Counted from the first letter of the stretch, positions 27,179-36,854 are shown. The stretch is DNA of 64,000 nucleotides from an uncultured Spirochaetota bacterium (GCA_963783575.1 CAWAOD010000015.1:1-64000); one strand, 5' to 3'. A program made the numbers and translations. The notes: generated from the letters alone by a model not told the origin.

Positions 27179-28455
27179 GCTTTTGCCTCTCGTGGATGAA
27201 ACTTGAGAAGCGTCAATCTGAGATGTTCCGGCGATAGCTTTGTATATCTTTCCGTTGTCGCCAGCTTTTCATGGCCTAACAGGTCGGAAACCTGTTTGAT
27301 TCCGGCTCCATTCTCTAATAAATGCGAGCCATAGGAATGCCGGAAGCAGTGACAGGTAATTTTTTTCTTTATTCCGGCTTTTGTACATGCTTTCGATAAG
27401 TACCGGTTTACGGTTTCATTGCAGGGTATTTTACCTTCATAAGCGGAGGGAAAGGCACGAGTGCCTTCTAAAAAGCCCCGGCAGACAAGCGGACGAATAT
27501 TATCAATAAAGAGTTTCAAATATTGAGTTCCAACATCGCCAAGCTGGACAATACGCTCTTTGTTCGTCTTGGTCTCAAATATTGTCGCTTCCTGATCATC
27601 AAAGTTAATGTCCTCAATCTTCAATGCCAGCAACTCGCCGATACGCACGCCGGAAGAATATAAAACGACCTGCAAGGTCTTAAGCATAAATTCAAGCGGG
27701 TTTTCAGCCTTCACATTGAATAATTTAACAACTTCTTTCCTTGAAAGGATATTTCTTGAAACCTTGTCTTCAGCCCTGACGCTTCCCATCTGTCCGGAGA
27801 ATCCGCCGCAAAGCCCTTTCTTCGATAGAAAAACAAGGAAGGGTTTAACAAGGTTGGTTTTCTGCCGTAAGGTAGACGGAGCGTAAAGGCGATTTCCCTT
27901 ACCGTCCGTCTGATCGGCAAGGTATTTAACGTAATCCTTTACGTCATCCCGGCGGAGATCGGAAAAGATGTTTACATTCCGTTCAAAGACAAGATATTTT
28001 AAAAAGTTCCGGGCATGCTCCGCGAGCCTGCCGGTTGTGGAAGCCGGGTATCCTTCATTCTTCCGCTTTTCAACGTATTCAAGGCAAACGGAACGCAGTT
28101 CCTCCGGAAGACCGGCGTAAAGGTCAAGGCTGGCCTTGCCCCAACCGGTACCGGGCGGCAGAAGATCGTTACTCATCAGAAAACATTTAGCGACCTGGCC
28201 ATAAGTGCGGATTGTGTCATTGCTATACCCAACATTGGTGTTGGGTAGGGATTTAGCTTGAAGATAGCTGTTAAAGTTTTCAAGATCGGCTTTTGTAAGG
28301 CTTTTCAAACCTTCCGGTTCGGCAATAGTCAGCTTTTCCCGGAGATAAGCCATAAACGAAAGCAGGGCGTTCTTTTTAACGATTAAGCCTTGACGTTTGA
28401 AGTGTCGGACTTCGTAGTATGAAAGGAAATCTTTGATTAAGTTTTCTATAGTCAT
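27175..28455 (-). CDS. Tyrosine recombinase with extended N-terminus (XerC-like), copy 1
   Basis: Same motifs as 7448..8707. Confidence 0.93.
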   Translation of the reverse strand: MTIENLIKDFLSYYEVRHFKRQGLIVKKNALLSFMAYLREKLTIAEPEGLKSLTKADLENFNSYLQAKSLPNTNVGYSNDTIRTYGQVAKCFLMSNDLLPPGTGWGKASLDLYAGLPEELRSVCLEYVEKRKNEGYPASTTGRLAEHARNFLKYLVFERNVNIFSDLRRDDVKDYVKYLADQTDGKGNRLYAPSTLRQKTNLVKPFLVFLSKKGLCGGFSGQMGSVRAEDKVSRNILSRKEVVKLFNVKAENPLEFMLKTLQVVLYSSGVRIGELLALKIEDINFDDQEATIFETKTNKERIVQLGDVGTQYLKLFIDNIRPLVCRGFLEGTRAFPSAYEGKIPCNETVNRYLSKACTKAGIKKKITCHCFRHSYGSHLLENGAGIKQVSDLLGHEKLATTERYTKLSPEHLRLTLLKFHPREAKA

Positions 28456-28484
28456 TTCAGGGGTATACCTCTCTCCAAAAACTA

Positions 28485-28627
28485 TGACCCAGTTTAGTAA
28501 ATCCCTTGTTAATAAAGGGTTCTCTACTCGAAATCTGGGTCAGACCCAGTTTTACCCAGTTGACCCAGTTTACTTTAATCTATTGAAATATATGAAAATA
28601 TATTACTATTACCATGTTGACCCAGTT
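28485..28627. repeat. GACCCAGTT iteron-like repeats, candidate origin (copy 1)
   Basis: About five copies of (G/T)ACCCAGTT, an inverted CTGGGTC and an AT-rich tract. Confidence 0.55.
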
Positions 28628-31406
28628 AGCTTTCTAATTCCTTATCCTTACTGCTTTTTTCACTTTTTACCATGGGAATGTCCGGATTTTCTATCGGACG
28701 GCCGTCTTTCAGCCGGTAAAATCCTTTCGACCTTTCCCTGCCGCCCCTCACAAGCTCGATATATTCCAGATCGACAAGTTCCCGCAGGTTCCGCTTTATC
28801 CAGCAATGCTCGAATCCTGTCTTTTCCCTGATGTCCCTCTGCGTAAACCGGATTTCATGGACTTTTAACCCGTTCTTTTCCGATATCTCCCTTGCCATAT
28901 CAAGCAGGGCGTGATGCAGTTCAGCCGCGCTTTTCGATATTTCCAGCAAAGATGATGACATTGCAGCGTTTTTCATAATATTACAGGCTATTTCAATGTC
29001 CTTATCATCGCATTCTATGTATTCCAGTCCTTCAGAGGTTTTTATCTCTTTCTGGTACTGCCGCAGGAAGCATACGCAGGCGATCAGGTCCATAAACCTG
29101 TCGTTATCCCTGCGCGTCCGCATAAAATTGTCCGGGAAATCAAGCTTTCCAGCTTCAGGATTCACGATGACAAGTTTCCTGAGCATCCGCTGCGCCGCAT
29201 GGTGCTTTTTAATGACAGGCGGGATCTGTTCCGACTTCTCCATATACCTTTCAAGCGAATATTTCCGCCTCTGCGCCTCGTGGATTCTACGGGTCTGTTC
29301 CCGGCTCTCGTCCGTATTGACAACAAAACACCGTGAGGCATTTTCAGGATTGATGTCATGCCTTGTCGAACTCATCACGCTGGCCACAATGGTCGGTTTC
29401 CGGATATGTACGGTATCCATCTTCCCAGTTTTCTCATCCTTAACCGTTACAAGCCTTGAGAGTTCATGGCCTGAAAGCATTTCCCTGATTGAATGCTCGA
29501 TTTCGTCAGAGTGAACGGCTTCGCCAAGTATAAGAAACTTGTGCATAAGGTCTTTGATATAATTTAAAGCCTGATCTGAAAGAGAGGTAACGGCGATGAC
29601 ATCCTCCGGCGGTATAAGCTTCCTTACCGTATCGACAAGCATGGACTTTCCGGAAGCGGATTCCGAAAGAATCAAAACCGATATCGGGTCGTCAAGTATG
29701 CGGGAACTGGCGCAAAGATAAAGAAGCTGTTTGTTCAAGTCCTCGCCGACATAGCCTAATGTTTCCATATCCCTGACAATCTCCTGAAACAGATCGGGAT
29801 TTTTCAGGAATCGAAGCCCCGCTTCCCGTTCTTCTTCCGTAAGCCTTGGCTTTTCCTCCGACTTCCTTGCTTCAAGGGCTTTTCTGTCCCGTTCCGATTC
29901 AAAATAGTCAACTATATCGGTAAGATCGTTCTCAATCCGCTTTGGCTCCAGACCGAAAGCGCGCGAAAGCGACCCGGCGAATGAAGCCCTTGACCTGGCC
30001 AGGTACAAATCCAGATTGTCAAAGTACCGGTTTCCATCATATTCAGCCTTTATGTTCACTTTTATACTTGTAACAAAAGCTTCTTTCAGACCGGCAACTT
30101 TGTAAACCACCGGCGCGCCTTCTGAATTGCCGAAGGTAAAGGCTGTGAAATACTCATCTTTTGACACCTTGAACAAAGCTTCGGTTCCGTTTTCTTCAAT
30201 CTCGAATATCGCCGCTTGCTCAATAAGAACAGTCAAATCCTCTTTTTTGAGCGTGCCGGCCGTAAGCATCTGATTCCAGTCTTTAGTGGCCCCCGAGTAT
30301 ACCGCTCCCTGCTTTGCAGCACTATCGAGGGGCCACGGAGCGACAATCTTAACCCGAAAGCCTTCGGAAATAAGCTTTTCTTTCAATTTATCGCTGGCCA
30401 GACTCCCGGCTTCATCCGCGTCCAGAGCCAGAACTATAGTTTTAACCCGGTCGGCTTTCAAAGTTTGTAAATGTTCTTCGGTAAAGCCATTCGTTCCATA
30501 AATAGCCTGGACATTCTCAAAACCTATTTCAATTAAAGAAAGAGCGTCAATAATGCTTTCGGTCAGAATGATTTCATTATAAACCTTTGATACTTTGCGA
30601 TTGAATACGCCTTTATGGGAACCTTTCAAATATCGATGCTTAAAGCTGGAATTATAATCAATATCACGACCGTAAAAACCTACAGTCTGGCCGCTATCAT
30701 CAAAAATGGGAAAAACAAGGCAGTTTAAGAAATGTTCAGAGCCTTTGTCATTGAATATTCCCGCTTCGGTTAATTCTTTCCTCTGGCTTTCACCAATGAC
30801 AAGGTTTAAGCCGCCATCCGCAAAACCGATCTGAAAGCGTTCATAATTTGAGGTGTTCGTCAAGCCCCGTTTCTTGAGATAATCAAGAGCTTCCGGATGG
30901 TCAAAAAGTCTTTTGTGGTAATAGTTCTTTACTGTATTAAGGTTGTGAATGACCGGTTGGTGAGCCTGTCGAACCACGGTCTCTGTGGACGTTTGTTTTT
31001 CTTCGGGTTTGACTTCCATCTTTCGAACCGTTAAAGGAAGCTCTTTTACAGGGTTTCCCGACCATTCTTTTAAGAATTTTAATGCTTCTTTGAACCCGAA
31101 CCCTTTCACCTTCTCCACAAGTGTAAAAGCGTCTCCGTCCTCTCCGCATCCGAAACAGTTGTATAAGCCTTTTTCACGGCTCACCGAAAGGCTGGGCGTC
31201 TTGCTGTCTTTATGAAACGGGCAAAGCCCCATATAATTTTTACCGACTTTTGAAAGTTTCACATTAAAAGATTCAAACAACTCAACAATATCAATATTCT
31301 TCTTGATGTCGTCCTTTTCAAATTCTTCAAGGAACCCGGTGACTTTCAGGGTTTTCTGGCCTTGTAGCTTGTCATTCTTTGTATTCAAAGGATTTTTCAT
31401 AAGCAT
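28626..31406 (-). CDS. DNA primase: CHC2, Toprim and P-loop domain (copy 1)
   Basis: CPFH/CFGC, LTESIIDALS, ALDADEAG, SESASGKS. Confidence 0.9.
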   Translation of the reverse strand: MLMKNPLNTKNDKLQGQKTLKVTGFLEEFEKDDIKKNIDIVELFESFNVKLSKVGKNYMGLCPFHKDSKTPSLSVSREKGLYNCFGCGEDGDAFTLVEKVKGFGFKEALKFLKEWSGNPVKELPLTVRKMEVKPEEKQTSTETVVRQAHQPVIHNLNTVKNYYHKRLFDHPEALDYLKKRGLTNTSNYERFQIGFADGGLNLVIGESQRKELTEAGIFNDKGSEHFLNCLVFPIFDDSGQTVGFYGRDIDYNSSFKHRYLKGSHKGVFNRKVSKVYNEIILTESIIDALSLIEIGFENVQAIYGTNGFTEEHLQTLKADRVKTIVLALDADEAGSLASDKLKEKLISEGFRVKIVAPWPLDSAAKQGAVYSGATKDWNQMLTAGTLKKEDLTVLIEQAAIFEIEENGTEALFKVSKDEYFTAFTFGNSEGAPVVYKVAGLKEAFVTSIKVNIKAEYDGNRYFDNLDLYLARSRASFAGSLSRAFGLEPKRIENDLTDIVDYFESERDRKALEARKSEEKPRLTEEEREAGLRFLKNPDLFQEIVRDMETLGYVGEDLNKQLLYLCASSRILDDPISVLILSESASGKSMLVDTVRKLIPPEDVIAVTSLSDQALNYIKDLMHKFLILGEAVHSDEIEHSIREMLSGHELSRLVTVKDEKTGKMDTVHIRKPTIVASVMSSTRHDINPENASRCFVVNTDESREQTRRIHEAQRRKYSLERYMEKSEQIPPVIKKHHAAQRMLRKLVIVNPEAGKLDFPDNFMRTRRDNDRFMDLIACVCFLRQYQKEIKTSEGLEYIECDDKDIEIACNIMKNAAMSSSLLEISKSAAELHHALLDMAREISEKNGLKVHEIRFTQRDIREKTGFEHCWIKRNLRELVDLEYIELVRGGRERSKGFYRLKDGRPIENPDIPMVKSEKSSKDKELES

Positions 31407-31415
31407 TGCAACCCC

Positions 31416-32180
31416 CTAAACCAGATTCAAACGGTTTAAGAGTTCTTCGCCTATGGCCTTTACTTCTTCGGCGGCTTTTGACGGCCTTCCGTCTATTCTT
31501 GGCCTCGATATAACGCCGGTTTTTAAGGATATCGCTTCTTCTATGCGAATCGACTTTGATAAAGCGGTATTAAATACCTTTTCCCCAAAAGCAGTGCGGA
31601 TTTCTTCCACGATCTGCCTGGTAATCACCGGGTTTGAATCAAAGGCGTTTATGATAACCCCGAGGAGCTGCAAGCCCGGATTAAAATTCTTTCGAACTTT
31701 CGCCACCGTAGCCATGAGGTCATTAGTTCCCTGCATTGAATATAGACTTGGGTTCATCGGAATAATAAGCCAGTCGGAAACCGTTAAAGCGTTGCCGGTA
31801 AGAATACTTAAAGACGGCGGGCTGTCGATTAAAATGAAGTCGTAGGCTTGAAAGCCTTCACCAGAAAGCAGGTCTTTCAATTTTGTGAAAGCATCCAGTT
31901 CACCAATAAGTGATTTTTCAAGGCTGGCCAGCTTGACATCGCCTGAGAGAAGCCATAAGTTTTCTTTTACCTGTTCCGGCTCGAAGTCGGTACCGGTCAA
32001 AGCTTCATATAGGCCAAAGCCAGGAATATCGACAAGGGATTTTGAAAGGTTGCCCTGCGGATCGGCGTCAATAACCAGCGTTTTGTGCCCCATTGCCGCC
32101 AGCCAGATCGAAAGGTTGAAGGTTAAAGTTGTTTTACCAACGCCGCCCTTTTGGTTGGATAATACGATTGTTTTTGACAT
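31416..32180 (-). CDS. parA: ParA/Soj family ATPase (copy 1)
   Basis: NQKGGVGKTT, IDADPQGN, IDSPPSL. Confidence 0.92.
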   Translation of the reverse strand: MSKTIVLSNQKGGVGKTTLTFNLSIWLAAMGHKTLVIDADPQGNLSKSLVDIPGFGLYEALTGTDFEPEQVKENLWLLSGDVKLASLEKSLIGELDAFTKLKDLLSGEGFQAYDFILIDSPPSLSILTGNALTVSDWLIIPMNPSLYSMQGTNDLMATVAKVRKNFNPGLQLLGVIINAFDSNPVITRQIVEEIRTAFGEKVFNTALSKSIRIEEAISLKTGVISRPRIDGRPSKAAEEVKAIGEELLNRLNLV

Positions 32181-32190
32181 AGCCAGCCCC

Positions 32191-32466
32191 CTAATTGGAT
32201 TCGGGGGCTTTGAGACGCATTTCTTTCTTCACATTTCCCAACAATGCGTTTAAATGAACGTAAGCCCGGCGGAAATCCAGAAGATTAACCGTAGCCTGGC
32301 CGTTGAAGTATTCAATCTGCGCCTGAGTTAGACCTTCGCCTGTGAAGGTAAATTTTCCGGCTGGCTTTTTGGCTTCTCTGGCAAGTTCGACTTTTTCAAC
32401 CGAATAGCCGAGGCAGATATAATACCCGGCCTCGTAATAATCCGAAGTGATTAAGGTTTGCAACAT
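32191..32466 (-). CDS. Small conserved protein (DUF5659-like), copy 1
   Basis: Homology to the other copies; GGAGG RBS. Confidence 0.7.
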   Translation of the reverse strand: MLQTLITSDYYEAGYYICLGYSVEKVELAREAKKPAGKFTFTGEGLTQAQIEYFNGQATVNLLDFRRAYVHLNALLGNVKKEMRLKAPESN

Positions 32467-32508
32467 GTTCTCCTCCTTAATATTTCGGAGGAAAACGCCT
32501 CGAATGGA

Positions 32509-32737
32509 TTGATTAAAGCTTCAGCTTATGCTATAATAACTTAGGTAAGTTTCGAGGAGTTTTCCTCACTTATGGCTCTGCTTTCAACTTGTCTAGGGCG
32601 GAAAGCAGGGCTTTTCTTTATCTCTAAAGATTTTAAAAACAGGCTTTTTAAGCTTGTTTTTTTAAGCAAAATACATTCATATATACACTTATTATGTTTG
32701 TTACATTAATTATATATTATGGGTAAATTTTTGTCAA
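32509..32737. promoter_or_regulatory. Convergent promoters and putative antisense RNA (copy 1)
   Basis: Plus TTGATT-17-TATAAT at 32509-32537; minus TTGACA-17-TATAAT at 32709-32737; hairpin GGCTCTGCTTTC...GAAAGCAGGGCT. Confidence 0.6.
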
Positions 32738-33447
32738 GCACAATTTTAAAAAGAAGAAAAAGAAATACTTACTTGATTGGTAAAAACTTTAAAGAACTTA
32801 GAAAAAATGAAGGATTTACACTTGAAGTCTTGTCCAATAAGACCAAAATTCATATTGAACCATTAAAGCAATATGAAAGTAATCTATACTCACCAAACCT
32901 AAATAATCTTAATAAGCTCTCTAATTTCTATGGTGTTTCTATCGATTTTCTTATCCTATGGGACAAAACTAATTACATCAGAAGTACCAGGTTAATTGAA
33001 CTGTCGAAAATTATTGACAAACTCGACCAGGTGAAACGGTTTCAAGTTGAATCCACAGCCATGACCCTTATAGGAGATAAGATTTCCAACGTTTTCGTTA
33101 AAGAAGATTCTTTTGATTTGACCAATGATATACATTTAAACCTGAAACAGCTTCGGGAGAGCAGTAAAGTTTCACAAAATAATATTGCTGATTATCTAAA
33201 CATTTCTCAAGGCTTGGTAGCAAACTATGAACGAATAACTATCCCTCCACTGGATAATTTAATCAAGCTTGCAGAGTTCTTCAGTGTGTCCATTCATTCT
33301 TTGGTTACAGGAGAAAATCTGACTTTTCAGTTAGCTAACAATGGATTGAAAGATTCCGTCTTGAAAGCAGACCAGTTGCTTAGTATCAAAGATAAAAGTT
33401 TTCTCATTCTTTTGATGGATAAAATTATCATGGAAACAAAAACCTGA
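32719..33447 (+). CDS. XRE-family repressor with two HTH domains (true start probably near 32773)
   Basis: Two HTH repeats; related to 12981..13652. Confidence 0.85.
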   Translation: MGKFLSSTILKRRKRNTYLIGKNFKELRKNEGFTLEVLSNKTKIHIEPLKQYESNLYSPNLNNLNKLSNFYGVSIDFLILWDKTNYIRSTRLIELSKIIDKLDQVKRFQVESTAMTLIGDKISNVFVKEDSFDLTNDIHLNLKQLRESSKVSQNNIADYLNISQGLVANYERITIPPLDNLIKLAEFFSVSIHSLVTGENLTFQLANNGLKDSVLKADQLLSIKDKSFLILLMDKIIMETKT

Positions 33448-33629
33448 TAACTTTATCGTCCCCAAATAAACAAAAGCATTGAAATTAAAGAATAGCTTCT
33501 TGTCCCGACATTCGGCTCTCGTCGGGCACCCTTGAAATCTCCGGCGCGTTCACCGTCCTCACACTGCCTGCGCTTTCAACGGTGCCACTCCTCAAGCCGC
33601 CGGTTTTTCCGGTGCGCCACTCGCCTCTC

Positions 33630-33790
33630 TCTTAACATAATTTGCCTTATCGTCAAGCAAGCGACACAATCGCACTGAATATACCGATTTTGATTTTTTA
33701 AACAATAAGCTTCTGAATTTCCTGTCTTTCCTTCATCCCGAAGGCTCAATGGCTGCAAACGCCTGCCGCTAAGGCTAAATTATGTTAAGT
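33630..33790. repeat. dif-like hairpin E
   Basis: Arms almost identical to hairpin A (GGCAAA and GGCTAAA spacers). Confidence 0.75.
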
Positions 33791-34027
33791 TGTCTCAGTT
33801 CTACTTTTTTAAAGCTTTATCCTTTCCGGTTCTTTCATCATTAGGTTCTGAGCCAAACGTTCGGCGGCGCCACACCGGAAAAACCGGGCTGGCGCTTCGG
33901 CGACAGACTGCGCCATGTCCCACCCGCCCATACGTCCGCCTTTAGCCTGTGCCATCATCAAGCCCCTTTCGGACTCCCATCTTCGGTTATCAAAAAACTG
34001 GAATTTAAAGATCTTTCTTTTTCAGAT

Positions 34028-34159
34028 CCACCCAGCCATGAATATTATACCATTCAATCAAGAATTATCAAGGGTAAAGTCGCTGGCCCGCTCCCGGATT
34101 CTGCGGAATCCGCCCTTGACAATTCTTGCTTTCGCTGGTTTTGCGGTTAGGCTGGGCGG
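34028..34159. repeat. TCAAGGG/CCCTTGA palindrome
   Basis: Homologous to 2946-3078. Confidence 0.7.
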
Positions 34160-34229
34160 ATATTAATTAATAAAACTAAAGTAATTTTTATATTATTCGA
34201 CATATATTATAAAAAAAGAGGTTAACTCT

Positions 34230-35048
34230 ATGAATCACAAGAGAATTCAAATTCTGAATATCTACTCCAGACAAAAAAAATCTTCAAATAATATTTTATC
34301 TGATGTAATAACTATAACATTAATTACTTTGATATTCTCTATCGTATTTTATTCATATGAAATAGGTTATGCCGACTATTTTGGTTACAATTATTCATTA
34401 ATAAAAGTAACACTTTTTGGAAGAATACTTTCAATTTTTTCTTTGTCATTGTATTCTAATTTTACCGTTATTATTGTTCTCATTTTTACCATTATTATAT
34501 TATTATATGCACGTATGCTATCACCAAAAAAGGTTATTCCGTATAAGACAAAAGTTAAAATATTAATTCCAATTTTACTATTGTCAATTAAATACTTAAT
34601 TATACCCCCCGTTATGTTTCTGCTCATTAAATATCTCGTATCTGATAAACATCTTGTCTCTTTTAATTACATAATTGTTCCAATATATGTGATTCTTCTC
34701 TTAATTAATATCCAAAAATATTTTAAAGTATTAGACAGATTTAAAAATATAAGTTCTTTTTTTATAGATACATTAAATGATTATGGAAGTATATTCACCA
34801 ATTATATTTATATCTCAATATTTTTGATTTGTATGTCCTATTCTGCAGGTTATAATTACGCTAAAAACAAGAAAATTTTTGAATCTTACGATAATGGAAC
34901 GAACCTAATAATTAATCATTACAATGATTATTCTATTGTTAATTCCAGAATAAATGTATTAAATACTAATAAGGTATATTTTTTCCTTAAAAATGAAGAT
35001 TTAACGAATAAGTATATAACAAATGTTTCTATTACGAATACCAATTAA
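34230..35048 (+). CDS. Very AT-rich multi-pass membrane protein (cargo)
   Basis: GAGG RBS; several hydrophobic helices; lies between two palindromes. Confidence 0.65.
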   Translation: MNHKRIQILNIYSRQKKSSNNILSDVITITLITLIFSIVFYSYEIGYADYFGYNYSLIKVTLFGRILSIFSLSLYSNFTVIIVLIFTIIILLYARMLSPKKVIPYKTKVKILIPILLLSIKYLIIPPVMFLLIKYLVSDKHLVSFNYIIVPIYVILLLINIQKYFKVLDRFKNISSFFIDTLNDYGSIFTNYIYISIFLICMSYSAGYNYAKNKKIFESYDNGTNLIINHYNDYSIVNSRINVLNTNKVYFFLKNEDLTNKYITNVSITNTN

Positions 35049-35049
35049 C

Positions 35050-35180
35050 AAACCCCCAGTAATCAACAACACCAGCGACAGGCAGAAAAATCAAGGATGA
35101 GCGCATCAGCGCGAACGACGACAGGAGCTTGTCCTTGATTTTTCTGAATGGAGCGGTATAATTCTTTTTACTGGGGGTTT
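35050..35180. repeat. TCAAGGA/TCCTTGA nested palindrome
   Basis: AAACCCCCAGTAA...GAAAAATCAAGGA...TCCTTGATTTTTC...GAGCGGTATAAT...TTACTGGGGGTTT. Confidence 0.65.
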
Positions 35181-35359
35181 TTAAATGATCGGTGCTTTAT
35201 CTTGATTTGATTTCCCGGGAGCCGAACGGCACTTGATAGAATAAAAAAAACCTCGCCGGCGCACGGGCGGGTCGGGGCCAGCGACAAAACTTGATGACGG
35301 CGCCAGCCCTGTTTTTAGCGCCGCGCCTTTGCCTCTACCCCGCTTTTACACCCCGGCAA

Positions 35360-35518
35360 AGTTAACATAAGTTCCGCTTATGGGCTGTAATTCCTTCCAC
35401 TGAGCCGTTTTAATAACCGTAAAAGCTGATTTAAGTTTAATAAGAATTGAAAATATATGGCTTCAGAATCGACGCGATTTACTCCCCTGCACAGACCATA
35501 AGCGGACTTATGTTAAAG
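35360..35518. repeat. dif-like hairpin F
   Basis: Plus ACAGACCATAA-GCGGAC-TTATGTTAAAG; minus ACAGCCCATAA-GCGGAAC-TTATGTTAACT. Confidence 0.75.
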
Positions 35519-35974
35519 CAAGCGGCGGGGATCAGGCTTTGCCTGTCCACGCAAAAACAGGCGGTTTGACGAACCCGCTGTAGCGAACGTAGGCGGTGCT
35601 GACAGCCGGAAGCGCGCCGCAGTGAACGGAAGCGGGTGAGGAAAGCCGAGCTGGCTTTCTACAGCCTCCATGCCCCCGACTCCGCGACAATACTGCATAT
35701 AGCGGCTCTTATTCCGCTTTGCATATATACCCAAACCCGCTCAAAAAACACATGAGATGTTTTGGATATATACTCAAAGCATTCATTTCCTTTTCAGGTT
35801 AGAAAATATTAAATATATACTTAATGTTTTAAACTCTTTACATATATAGCTAAAACTGTTATCTGCCGAGGGGAAAATAACTTCTCTCGGATATATCTAA
35901 AGAAGACACACCTTCTACAGCTCCACCCAACAAAAAAAGCCTCAAGCTTCTTCTGCCTACAGGGCTTGTTAAAA

Positions 35975-36844
35975 TCATTTCTCTATGCTATATCTGTATA
36001 CATCCTTCCTTGTCATTCCAAATACCACATAGGAACTGTCCGACTTCCAGTTAAAAAAATACGATGCCAGAGAAGCATTGTTTGTCAATGTCCTTAAAAC
36101 CTTCTGCTTTTGAAGGTCTATGAAATATAAGAGATTTTGTTTATCTTGGCAGATCACTGTCCTTTCATCAGGCGAAATCGTGAAATAGTCCATAAACACG
36201 GTCACATCTACAGGCAATTTCACTTTCTCAAACTTTTTCTGACTGATGGAATAGCGGTAAATTTTCGATTCTTCCGGACCGTCCAGAAAATTCTGATTAT
36301 TCAACAAGTAAATTAAGTCCGGATTCTTTACTGCTATAGGTAGAAAATACCATTCTTTTGAACTATATAGCTGTTCATTGCTTCCCGTGGTAATATCAAA
36401 TTGATATAGCTTATGGACTTCTTTATCCCCTTTACCTTCCATTGCATCATAATATATTCTTTTTGAATCATAAGACCAGCAATAATAATTATGTTTTGTG
36501 GCTATAACGGAAATTATTTGATAATTGCTACTATTAATAATTTCAAGGCGTTTATTGCTATATTTTGTAAGATATAAACCATCTGGACTCATTTCATTAT
36601 ACCTATTGCTATCATTTTCAAATACAACTACATTTGTTATATAATAACCAGCATTATGATAAATCACATCATCTTTTGTTAATAATTGTTTAATAAGTAA
36701 GCTATCATTTTTACTGTCAATAATTAGCCCCCATAATTCACCTTCATCAAATTTGTAGATTCTTTCAAGTTTGTCTAATCCAAATAAATATGAAAAATTA
36801 AAAATGCTCATAACCAAAATGATGATATAAATTTTTCTTTTCAT
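35975..36844 (-). CDS. Cognate immunity protein of the Rhs toxin (secreted, beta-propeller-like)
   Basis: Immediately downstream of rhs; signal peptide; paralogue at 23574..24446. Confidence 0.75.
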   Translation of the reverse strand: MKRKIYIIILVMSIFNFSYLFGLDKLERIYKFDEGELWGLIIDSKNDSLLIKQLLTKDDVIYHNAGYYITNVVVFENDSNRYNEMSPDGLYLTKYSNKRLEIINSSNYQIISVIATKHNYYCWSYDSKRIYYDAMEGKGDKEVHKLYQFDITTGSNEQLYSSKEWYFLPIAVKNPDLIYLLNNQNFLDGPEESKIYRYSISQKKFEKVKLPVDVTVFMDYFTISPDERTVICQDKQNLLYFIDLQKQKVLRTLTNNASLASYFFNWKSDSSYVVFGMTRKDVYRYSIEK

Positions 36845-36854
36845 AAATTCTCCA

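Noticed and set aside
6432..28455. Classical integron (intI plus attC array)
   Set aside because: The recombinases look Xer-like and occur as pairs in an operon, I could not see the IntI-specific insertion, and the hairpins are in inverted pairs rather than a direct array. An HMM search would settle it.
1..33447. Prophage or ICE
   Set aside because: No capsid, terminase, tail, relaxase or type IV secretion genes in any unit.
2544..35518. Chromosomal dif site
   Set aside because: Twelve copies with variable spacers and degenerate XerC arms do not fit the single chromosomal dif.
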